Positions 10,631 through 21,070 of a stretch of 28,549 nt of DNA are shown here, one piece after another (position 1 is the first letter of the stretch; each line of letters starts with the position of its first letter). The translations under genes and the position numbers were made by a program. Source of the stretch: Octopus sinensis (taxonomy: Eukaryota); contig NW_021833521.1 of assembly GCF_006345805.1 (NCBI RefSeq), positions 1 through 28,549 of the forward strand, written 5' to 3'. Under the pieces are notes generated by a model. The model saw only the letters and a program-made list of their open reading frames with translations. It was not told the DNA's origin and ran no database searches.

Positions 10631-11159
10631 CCTTCTGAAGTGACGGAACAAAACCCATAGATCCTTCAGACTTTCTGAGGCTAGTGATTGATATTGGAAG
10701 TCGAGGGCAGTACGTAATGGTCAACATCAAAAGCAACGGGCATGTCTTTTAAAAAGTTAATCAGATTAGGTCTTTGAGTGAGGGGGAATCTTTTTATTAT
10801 TATTTTCTTTTATAGGTACCCGCTTTGAAGTAAACAACTCGTATTTTAATGATGTTAAGTATTCAGTGTTGACAAACCAAATATTTAACATAACGGGGGT
10901 CGAAGCATATTTGTCATTAATCTCTTGATACATGACTAGCTTTGGCTCCCTTGTCACTTCTGCAACTATACTGCTGTCTATGGCAACGATGTATAGGCTT
11001 TCAGTTGAAGAAAATAAAGGGATTAGTGGAGCCTAAGTTATTCCTAGTGACGGTTGTAAATCTTTTCCTATAAGGGCGCGTATCCATGTACCTGCACACA
11101 GAGATAAGTGCATATGTATGTAAGAACGGACGTATGAATGTATTTATTTGTGGATGCAT

Positions 11160-11202
11160 ATAATATATATTATGTACATACGCATACACACGTACATACA
11201 AG

Positions 11203-11251
<49 letters not shown>

Positions 11252-11388
11252 ACATATGTTTATATGTATATATACACAGACATATATATACATATATACA
11301 TATATATATATATTATATATATATATATATGTATGTATATAAATATGTACATATATACATACATACATGCATACACATACACACACTC

Positions 11389-11428
<40 letters not shown>

Positions 11429-11465
11429 GTGCGCGTGTGTGCGTGTGTGTGTGCGTGGGGTGTGT
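11160..11465. repeat. Compound (TA)n/(TG)n microsatellite
   Basis: Direct reading. Confidence 0.95.
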
Positions 11466-11660
11466 GATCAAAATGATTTATACGTAAAAAAATTGCTAAA
11501 TATGTTTGCATTGACATGCCTGAAAGGGTAAGAAATTCCCAGATCGATTCCGTTATGCGCAACCTTGAAGAAATGTCTTTAACCACAACTTCGGGATGGA
11601 GAACGTTTTATGAGAAATATTTGGCGGACAAAAACTGTTCAGAAACTCGTTCAGTGTATG

Positions 11661-11866
11661 TACGTGGCTGTACTGAAAAGTTCCTGGCTTTAAAAGTGTC
11701 GCGAAAGTCCCGGCCGGAAGCTCAACCTTCTAAGCTCTTTTACAAGGCTTAGAAAAACTGAAGAACTGTTGCAATAAGTGTGTGAATCTGAGAGGGGAAT
11801 ATGTTGAATAATTAACTGATCCCCCTTTATCTTCTTTTTTTTACCCAAAACCAGGAACTTTCAGCA
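11661..11866 (+). mobile_element. Mariner-derived MITE
   Basis: TA then TIR-like CGTGGCTGTACTGAAAAGTTCCTGGCTTT; right end AAAACCAGGAACTTTCAGCA (outer part missing); internal NKCVNLRGEYVE* resembles the mariner transposase C-terminus. Confidence 0.8.
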
Positions 11867-12104
11867 GAATAAGACAGGCCTGATGAACAGTAATCCGTGA
11901 TCAGATTAATTTTATAACACGTGCGTTTGAAAAGCTGAAAACTGAAAATCACTTACACAAAACTTCCTCCCATCGGGTGTATGTTTATCTGCTTTTTTTA
12001 AATTTCTATTTTTATATACGTAATAAATTTTAATTTAAGTAGACCCGTTTTCAAATATTGTAATAGTATTACGAAATTTTTCTATATTCATTTTAATACA
12101 TACA

Positions 12105-12305
12105 TGAATGTGTGTGTGTGTGTGTATGGAAATGCATATTTATACATATACACACGCACACATATATATGTGTATTCATGTATGTATTCATGTATGTATT
12201 CACGTATGTATGTATGTATGTATGTATGTATGTATGTGTATGTATGTATGTATGTATGTATGTATGTATGTATGTATGTATGTGTGCATGCGTGTGTGTA
12301 TGTGT
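12105..12305. repeat. (TG)n/(TATG)n microsatellite
   Basis: Direct reading. Confidence 0.95.
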
Positions 12306-12306
12306 T

Positions 12307-12665
12307 TGAAGGTGCATGATTCTGTTGTTAGAGGGTCGGGCTTGGAATAGTGAGGCTGTGTGTTGTGTTCCTGAACAAAACACTCTATTTCACTTTGCTT
12401 CAATTCACTCAGGTGTAGAAATGAATTGCAACGTCACTAGTGCCAAGCTGTATCAGTTTGAACAACATCGGTAGTGTGGTGAAGGGAGTCTGTTATACAT
12501 AGGCGACTGCTGGTCTTTCACGAACAATTAGACAACATCGATGATATGAAGAGAGGAGACTGGTATACATGGGCAACTGCTGGTCTTCCATAAAAACAAC
12601 CTTGTCTGGATTTCTGCCTCGGAGGGGAACTATCTAAGTTCAATCCCATTGTCTATACAAGGGGA
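12307..12665 (+). mobile_element. SINE family C, decayed, with internal ~70-bp duplication
   Basis: Similar to the reverse complement of 6731-7066; segment ACAACATCG...CTGCTGGTCTT occurs twice. Confidence 0.75.
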
Positions 12666-12679
12666 AACTCAAAAGTAAC

Positions 12680-12903
12680 CGGAAACGTTCTCTGTGGGAC
12701 AAACCTGTTGTAGTTCAGGCTTCCGCCGCTATATGATATGTCCCTAAGGCAGCAGTCTTCCGACCGGCGTCCCCAGATCCACTCGTACTGCTACGTGGTG
12801 CGTCTTTGTTTTGCTGTGTTTCTCTCCAGTTCGTCGATTTTTGCGATGGCGGAAACGAGAGAACAGCGTGCTTCTGTGAAATGCTGTTTTCTGCTGGGTA
12901 AAT
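12680..12903 (+). mobile_element. Mariner 5' fragment (UTR plus transposase start)
   Basis: MAETREQRASVKCCFLLGK resembles mariner N-termini (EQR..IKFC..LGK); ends abruptly where the Penelope-like fragment begins. Confidence 0.7.
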
Positions 12904-12905
12904 TA

Positions 12906-13798
12906 TTACAACTGATCTCTATTATAAAAAGACGGACACACACCAATACTTAGACTTTAGATCTTGCCATCCTTCCCACATAAAAAGAAACATACCTTTT
13001 AATGTGGCAAGACGAATATGCACAATAGTTTCGGATACAAATAGACGAGAAAGACGACTTGCAGAACTCAACTTGTTCCTTAAAAAACAAAAATACCCCA
13101 CAAAACTAATAGACCGAGTTATGACTAAAGCTAAGGATATCCCAATCTCTACCTTATAAAAAGGCACTCACACTGAGGATAAACGAGAAAACACATATAA
13201 AAAAAATATTCCATTTGTTATCACCCACAATCCCAGGAACAACAATATTCTACAATCAGCCATTCACCTCCTATTAATTCTACACCAGTTCCCAAGTCTC
13301 CGACAAATACTTAAGGAACAACAGATCAGCAACAGCTGAAGACAACTACCAAACCTTAAGAGACTTTTAACCAAGGCAAGATTCACATCAGAGAAAGAAA
13401 CCATGTAAGTAACCAAGTGTGGAGATCTTCGATATGGTACATGCGAATTAATCGACCAGGGATCAGCTAAAAAATTGAAAAATAGGAAGGAATTAAAGGT
13501 AAATGCATATATGAACTGCAAAACCAATAACCTGATATACTGTATTACAAGCCCACGATGCAATGAAAGCTACGTTGGAGAAACAAAAACAAAATTTACT
13601 AACCGTCTAAATGTGCACTGACACCAAATAAAACATCCTTTGCTTAGATGCGAGCCATGTAACAACCACTTAGACACCTGTGCCCAAGAAAAATGCACAA
13701 TATTTCCGTTTTATAAAATAAATGAAGAAAACGATCCTCTTCGAAAGACAAAAGAAGATTTTATAAGGTATCTGAATCCGAAACTAAACTGGAAATAA
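12906..13798 (+). mobile_element. Penelope-like element, 5'-truncated pseudogenised ORF (RT C-terminus plus GIY-YIG endonuclease)
   Basis: TDLYYKKTDTHQYLDFRSCHPSHIKRNIPFNVARRICTIVSD; IPFVITHNPRN; RQLPNLKRLLTKARF; NCKTNNLIYCITSPRCNESYVGET; ends RYLNPKLNWK*; several in-frame stops. Confidence 0.93.
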
Positions 13799-14026
13799 TC
13801 AACAACTTCACCTAAAATAACTTCCGCTATATGCAATAGTTATAACACGTGCTTAATAGCGTTGAGAGCTGAAAGCGCTTGCACATTTATTAAAGCCTAC
13901 AGAGAATTTGTGAAATTCTTCCCTAAAGGTTAGTATCATTCTACTCTCAAAAAAGTCTTTATCTTAATCTTAACTTTTGAAAAAATCTTTCTCTAAATAT
14001 AACTGTATCAAGTAATTTCCTAAATA

Positions 14027-14035
14027 CTCTCTCTC

Positions 14036-14080
<45 letters not shown>

Positions 14081-14095
14081 GTGTGTGTGTGTGTA
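14027..14095. repeat. (CT)n(GT)n microsatellite
   Basis: Direct reading. Confidence 0.95.
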
Positions 14096-14774
14096 GTATT
14101 AACTGTCGGACAAAAGTATTCTATTCTATGGTGGAGATTGACGATATTCTATTTTGATCGAGTCAGCCTCTTGCTACCCTGAGTTCCACCTGTAGCCAGA
14201 CAAGGTCTTCAGAGAAGTTGGAAAATCTTCTGTGCCAATAGGCAAAACTCAATTCAGATAAGTAAAGGGCTAACGCGAGCCATGTAACAACCACACACAT
14301 ACACACACATGATGCTAGTGAATCTCCGCCGTTCAATGATGCTTATTTACTTGTTCGATCATCCGAATTACCTACTCATTGAATTAACATATAACTGGCT
14401 AAGTGTTCCGCAGACACGCGTAACCTTCACCTTTGGTTCAACCTAGAAATTCCCTAATGTACCGTGTCTATGCTTATCAATAGCGCTTTGTTATAAAGCT
14501 ACACAAACGGCTGTACACAGTATCGAAAAGGCAGTGCCACCGATGTAATTGAAGATTCGTGTGCCTAATTTGTACCGTTGTTATAAAGCTGGAGATGACG
14601 ACTCTATAGTCAGAAGATCCTAGTATTTGACTAGTACTTATTCTATCGAGTTCATGACGATGAATGTTAAGATTTTACTAACTTGACATGATTTGAACCC
14701 GTAACAATATAAAGGAACATAACGAAATACAAGGATACCTAGTTCTTTCCGCTTGTGTATTTAATAAAAAAAAT

Positions 14775-15185
14775 AGCAACAATATTCTTTTCTACTCTAG
14801 GTACAAGGCCCCGAAAGTTTTGGGGAGGGTGCCAGTTGATTATATCGACCCCAGTACGCAACTAGTACTTAATTTATCGACCCAGAAAGGATGACAGGCA
14901 AAGTTGACCTCAGCGGAATTTGAACTCAGAACGTAAAGACAGGCGAAATACCTATTTCTTTACTACCCACAATAGGCTAAACACAGAGGAGACAAACAAG
15001 GACAGACAGACGGATTAAGTCTATTATATCTACCCCAGTGCGTAACTGGTACTTATTTAATCGACCCCGAAAGGATGAAAGGCAAAGTCGACCTCGGCGG
15101 AATTTGAACTCAGAACGTAACGGCAGACGAAATACGGCTACGCATTTCGCCCGGCGTGCTAACGTTTCTGCCAGCTCGCCACCTT
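14775..15185 (-). mobile_element. SINE A dimer
   Basis: Reverse complement matches 8243-8638 over its length. Confidence 0.92.
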
Positions 15186-15263
15186 AGTAACGTTTATTAT
15201 TGAGTATGAAAACCTCTAGTAAATTCAGTTTAAGCAATAACTGACTATTAATTTTACTGACCC

Positions 15264-15670
15264 AGGTCGAACAGCTGGCGGAACCGCTTAGCGGAATTTT
15301 TTACGTCTACTCGTTCTGAGTTCAAATTCTGCCGAATTCGACTTCTCTTTGCCTTTCGCGGTCGATAAAAGGAAAAATACCAGGTGCGCACTAGAGTCGA
15401 TGTAATCGTCTTACCACCTCCCTCTAAATTGTTGCCCTTGTGCCAAATTTTAAACTAATAATTTTACTGACCCTAGTTGACGAGCTGACAAATTCCTTCA
15501 CACGCCGGGCAAAATGCTTAGTGCCGTTTCGTCCGTCTTACCGTTCTGGGTTCATATTCTGCCTTTCATCCTTTTGGGATCAATAAAATAAGTACCAGTT
15601 GATCACTGGGGTCGATGTAATCGACTTACCCTCCTTCCCTTGAATTGCTGACCTGCCAAAATTTGAAACG
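15264..15670 (+). mobile_element. Two tandem decayed SINE A monomers (15264-15456, 15474-15670)
   Basis: Head, B-box, core and tail recognisable in each; both bounded by the motif TAATTTTACTGAC. Confidence 0.8.
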
Positions 15671-16396
15671 AATAATTTTACTGACTCGGGCGTCATTTTA
15701 ACTCAGGAAATGAAAAAGAAAAAAACAAAAACAAAGAAGGACATAAGTAAAATTTTATAGGAACCGTGGTCTGCTACTGTCCCGATTTTAATAAAGTTGA
15801 CAAAAAAAAAACCCTTTATAGGTAAACCACATTTGGTCAAATCCCGGTACTTGATGGGTGTTGGGATTTTATCAATCCACGTAAAACATATTAATAAGTC
15901 GACCTCGGTGAGAATTGAAGAAAGTCTTTAAGAGATATTAAACGGTGTATGGCATTGAGTCCTACTATCGTCATCTCTATACACGCCCGCGCATTCGCAC
16001 CTTTCGCTACGCAGTAATAAAGTTATTTGTTTATATTTGCTTGCTGGTTTAATATGTGTCGAGTTCGGCGCAGAAAGTTCATAAGGTCGTCTGTCTGTAT
16101 TGGTCAGGTGTTGTGTCACTCACAACTGATATTTGTAATTGTAAGTCACGAGAAAGCAGTGATACTGTGTGATCGGTGTCAACAGGTTTTGTTATCCAAA
16201 TACCGATTGCAGATATCTCAAACAAGCACGTGCTATGTGCTTGTCTTACAGACATATAGGGAAAAAAGTTTATTCCAAAATGTAAATAAAGGAGAAAATG
16301 GTGGGGGGACCTCTTTGATTGAGAACCTCTGCAATTCGATGTACTTGATGTGGGATAACGATTTTGTTGTAATATACCTACTACCTACAAGTAAAC

Positions 16397-16456
<60 letters not shown>

Positions 16457-16644
16457 TGTATACGTGTGTATGTATGTATATATATATATGTATGTATACG
16501 TGATATATATATATATATATAATAAATATATGTATGCATGTATACGTATTATGTATATATAGATATTATAAATATTGTATGCATACGTATGTATATATAT
16601 ATATATATATATATTTTTAATCCAAAAGGGAAACAAAAAAACAA

Positions 16645-16930
16645 CAAACAACAGGAACAATTACAGTATTATTATTAATAGGCGCTCAGGAGATGGAAGC
16701 AGGGAGGTATGACGTTTCGAGCGGAGCTCTTCGTCGGAAACATAAAGAAGGAAGAGAGAGGAAATGAAGATCCCAGAGCGGCAACAGGAAAGAGAAAAAA
16801 GACGACTGGTGTTTACGAGTTGCACATGGTGAAAGGCGGATGTTGACGATAACAAGAGCAAAGGGGTTTTTAAAGGCAAAAGAGGAGACAAGGTTGGTAA
16901 CCCAACAGATGTGTGTGTATGTGTGAGTGT
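16645..16930 (-). mobile_element. Non-coding repeat carrying a hammerhead-like motif (putative Penelope pLTR or non-autonomous derivative)
   Basis: Reverse complement shares TATGTTTC.GACGAAG.GCTCCGCTCGAAACGT and CCTGAGCG.CTA.TAA with 28468-28545. Confidence 0.7.
16707..16741 (-). ncRNA. Minimal type I hammerhead-like motif, variant core
   Basis: GTTT-CCGACGA-A-GAGC(TCC)GCTC-GAAACGTC-ATAC; perfect stem II, but U4 is C and stem I has one mismatch. Confidence 0.45.
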
Positions 16931-17489
16931 GCATGTGCGTGTGTGTATGTGTGTGTGTGAGGCGAGATGAAAAACAAAAAAATATGTGTGTGTTAGTGTG
17001 TGCGTCTGTGTGTAGGCGTGTGAGGTAGGGCGAGACTATGGTCAGCTAGCAGACGAGGTCAGTAGTAAGAAAAAGAAGGAAGGAGGAAGGGAGGTCAGTA
17101 GTAAGAAAAAGAAGGAAGGAGGAAGGGAGGAGGGAAGGGGTGGGGGCGTATGTAGCGTGCCAGCGTGTGTTGAGTAGTAGTGGTGTGTGTGTCCAGTGTC
17201 GTGGTGGTATTAATGGCGAGTAGATTGAATGTGTGTAAGAGTGATGTATATATATAGGCAAGGTGTGTATATGTGTGTGCGCGTGTGTGTAACGAAAAAA
17301 GGGGGGGTTAAGGAAAAGGACTCCAGCTGAGGGGAAGATGGAAGAGTGGTACCGCGGAGACAGGTGTGGGAAAACCCAACGACACGCGACGGTCCCAGGA
17401 ACGGGCGGGAGGTCTCGTCAGGTCCAAGGGCGAGGTGTATGCGGCGCGTATGCAGCGCGAGCCGGCGCAAGTGCGTATGTGCGCGTGCC

Positions 17490-18210
17490 TGCGAGTATAC
17501 GCGTAAGTATGTATGTGTGTGGATGTGTGAGTGTGTCTGTGTGTATGTCTGGGTGGCAGTGTGTCCGATGAATGTATGTGAGTATGTGTGTATGTATGTG
17601 TGTGCATAGATGTATGTCCGTGTGTGTGTGTGTATGTGTGTGAGTGTGTATGTATGTACGTGTGGGTGTGGGGAAGTGTGTGTATGTGCATGTGTGTGCG
17701 CGTACATACAGGTGTGTGAGTGAGTGTGTGTGTGTATGTATGTGTGAGTGTGTATGTATGTGTGTGTCGGATGCATGTATGTGTATGGGTGTATGTATGC
17801 GTGTGTGTATGTATGTATGTGTACGTGGTGTGTGTGTGTGTGTATGCGTGTAGGTGTGCGCGTGTGCATGCATATGCGTATGTGTGTGTGTGTGTGCAGT
17901 GTGTGGGTATATATGTATGTGCGTATATGTGTGTGTATGTGCGTACATGTGTGTGTGTGTATGCATGTGTGTGTATGTAGGTGTGTAGGCGTGTGTGTAT
18001 AGGTGTATGATGTAAGTATGTGTGGGGTGTGTCCGTGTATGTGTGTGATGTATGTGTGTGTATGTAGGTGTGTGGGCGTGTGTATATGTGTGTATGTAGG
18101 TGTGTGGGCGTGTGTTATATAGGTGTATATGTGTATGTCTGGGGTATTATATATATTAATATATATATATAATATATATATATTGTATATATACACACAC
18201 ACATATACAC
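17490..18210. repeat. Long degenerate (TG)n/(TATG)n tract
   Basis: Direct reading; source of the His/Thr and Cys/Val ORFs. Confidence 0.95.
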
Positions 18211-18619
18211 GTAACGATATTGGTAGCGTCAGACGAGTACAAAACAGTAATAAGAAATTAAATAAATGACAAGGAATAAGAAATTATTTTAAAAGTTCCA
18301 TTAGCTTATAGTTGTTTCTGCTACCAGATGCAGTGCACTGCACCCATAGTTGACTGCTTGTGTATAAGCCTACACACACACACACGCACAAATGTGTGTG
18401 TGTGTTACCTATATACTCACATATACATATATATGCAAATGTATGAATGCATTATGTGTGCATCTATGTCTTAACATTACTTTTAGTATTTCGTACTAAT
18501 AGAGAAAGGAGATTGGCTCTTTCATTGGAATTTAGACAACATCAACTAAATGGTCATATATGTGTGCATGCATGATATTTTGTACGTCAATCTGTAATTT
18601 GAATTATGTACACGTATAC

Positions 18620-18831
18620 GGCGAGCATGGCAGAATCGTTAGCACACCGGGAAAAATGCTTAGAGGTATTTCATCTGCCGTTACGTTCTGCGTTCAAATT
18701 CCGCCGAGGTCAACTTTGCCTTTCATCCTTTCAGTGTCGATGAAATCAGTACCAGTTACGCCGTGGGTCGATGTAATCGACTTATCCCCTTTCACAGAAA
18801 TTTCAGACCTTGTGCCCATTGTAGAAAGGAT
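18620..18831 (+). mobile_element. SINE A monomer with TSD
   Basis: Full head, core and tail; 16-bp direct repeat TTATGTACACG(T/C)ATAC at 18604-18619 and 18832-18847. Confidence 0.92.
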
Positions 18832-19027
18832 TTATGTACACGCATACATGTTTGCCTGTCTAGACAAATGTATATATTACAGGCTAAACTTCAGAAATGC
18901 TTAACTTATTTCCACTGTTCCATGAATGGCATGTAATTTCAATTTCTTAATTAGTCGTGTCCTTTCTGGTTTTGTGAAGTCAAGCTTTTCATGATTGTGA
19001 CGAGGAAATAAGTTACATATGTTCACA

Positions 19028-19350
19028 GGTATAAATCTAAATAAGTACCAGTTATGCACTGGGGTCGATATAATCGACTTAATCTGTTTGTCTGTACTGT
19101 TTGTTTCCTCTGTGTGTAGTCCCTTGTAGGCAATAAAGAAATAAGAAACGTTATCACGCCGGGCGAAATGCTTCGGGGTATTTCGTCTGCTTTTACGTTC
19201 TGCGTTGAAATTACGCCGTGGTCGACTTTGCCTTTCATCCTTTCAAGGTCGATAAATTAAGTGCCAGTAGCGTACTGGGGTCGATCTAATCGACTGGGCC
19301 TCTCTCTAAAAATTTCGGGCCTTGTGCCTAGAATATAAAAAAATTATTAC
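19028..19350 (+). mobile_element. SINE A dimer, 5'-truncated
   Basis: Starts mid-core, has the linker, and the second unit retains part of the head. Confidence 0.88.
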
Positions 19351-19552
19351 AACTATACACACACACACGCACACACACATAGATCAATTGATAGATAGAT
19401 ATTCGCACACTCATATACACATAAATGTTGGTGGATATGTATATATATATAATATGAATTAGTGATAAAACCACTATTATGCAACTCAAACAGTGATAGG
19501 CATAAACCAATACATAAATAACAAATAATAAAATAATATATATAATTAATAT

Positions 19553-19576
19553 ATGATATATCTATCTATCTATCTA

Positions 19577-19639
<63 letters not shown>

Positions 19640-19657
19640 ATATATATATATTATATA

Positions 19658-19689
<32 letters not shown>

Positions 19690-19700
19690 CTATATATATA

Positions 19701-19738
<38 letters not shown>

Positions 19739-19747
19739 ATATATATA

Positions 19748-19785
<38 letters not shown>
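19553..19785. repeat. (TATC)n(TA)n microsatellite
   Basis: Direct reading. Confidence 0.97.
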
Positions 19786-19787
<2 letters not shown>

Positions 19788-19951
19788 CCTGTACTTGTTT
19801 TCTTGTTGTAAATTTTTGTTTTTTCCGTTTCTACGTCTTGTTGTGGTGTCCTGTACTCACGTATATTTATTTATATATGCATGTATATATACATGTAGAT
19901 GTAGGTACGTACATATATGTTTGTATGTATGCATATATTTTTATTTATTAC

Positions 19952-20035
<84 letters not shown>

Positions 20036-20394
20036 ATCAATTGCATTGTGTATCATCAGGTGCGTCTCTGTCTTCTTGAGGTTTATTATTAGCTTTTGGA
20101 GAGTGAGAAGAACTCTAATTTGCGGAGGTATTGAATTGGTTAAGTTGGTCCCTTGTACTTTTCAGTGTTGCTGATTTTTCTTCTGAAATGGATGTAAATT
20201 ATGGGAGATGGTTATGTAGATATTAGTAATGCAAGCTGTATCATTTAATTGACTGCCCTGTAAATCATGTGTACTGTACAAAGTCGGACTAGTTTTTGGA
20301 TAGAATCGAAAATTGTAGATGCTGGTTTGTGTTATATTTTAATTTAATTTTCTTTAACATCATACTTAAAATTTTTTTTTTTTAGCTCCAAGTA

Positions 20395-20685
20395 CGACTC
20401 ACAGTTGCCCTGGGATGCTTCGTTAATGATGTTTCTGAGATCTCAAAGTGACTTCGTGTCTTCCAGCAACAGGATCTCTCACCCAGTGGATTAAGCCAGG
20501 ATTGATCATGTTCCAGCTTGCAACCTTGTAACAGCAAACCACTAGCCTACTCCCTTTATGGAAAGCCACCAATTGGCCTTCTCCACAGCTTCAGTAAAGG
20601 AATTTATAACCTTCCTCTTTGCTGCACAAGTAACTCCAAGCCTAGTCAGAGCTTTGTAGAATGAACGCCCCACAAAAAGTATTGC
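20395..20685 (-). mobile_element. HERO-like (R2 group) non-LTR retrotransposon 3' end
   Basis: Minus strand reads FVGRSFYKALTRLGVTCAAKRKVINSFTEAVEKANWWLSIK, resembling HERO C-termini as I recall them, followed by a 3' UTR-like TGATCAATCCTGGCT...CTGGGTGAG. Confidence 0.62.
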
Positions 20686-20700
20686 TCATACCGAAATTGT

Positions 20701-21070
20701 TTATTACCTCCGCCTTCGCTATGGCGGAGGTATTGTTTTTCAGTCGCGTTTGTTTGTCTATCTGTCCGTGGACAAGATATCTCAAGAACTGCTGGATGGA
20801 TTCGGATGAAACTTTCAAGGGATGTTTGGCCTTGTAACTGGCACGAACTGATGATTAGATTTTGGGATCTGTCAGGTACCGGTCAAGGATTCTGGATTAT
20901 TTTCCCGTTTTTTTTTACTTAATTTTTGAGAGCGGTCGGGTTCATTTTTAGTGTTTTCGTTTGTGAGAACAGTCGTGTTTATTTCAGATCTTCTTATTTT
21001 AAATATCTCTGGCTAATCCTTCAGAGAATTTTGCCTTGGCAGAGGTTTGCACTCTCTGAGTGCTCTTGTT
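20701..21070 (+). mobile_element. Helentron/Helitron2-type non-autonomous element (HINE, DINE-1-like)
   Basis: 5' hairpin TACCTCCGCC...GGCGGAGGTA (20705-20732), GTTT/GTCT micro-repeat, 3' subTIR GGCAGAGGT (21038-21046), 3' hairpin GCACTC-TCT-GAGTGC (21049-21063), T-rich ends. Confidence 0.85.

Noticed and set aside
14171-14215. Minus-strand CTGAAGA-CCTTGT..ACAGG-TGGAAC as a hammerhead
   Set aside because: GAAA is absent (GGAA with an extra T) and stem I pairs poorly; too many changes are needed
16027-16400. Open stretch of about 125 codons with GTAAGT and TTACAG splice-like sites
   Set aside because: Implausible composition, and the candidate exons do not join in an open frame
17395-17430. 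Minus-strand GGAC-CTGACGA-GACC as another hammerhead
   Set aside because: No GAAA or complementary stem II strand follows, so the core is incomplete
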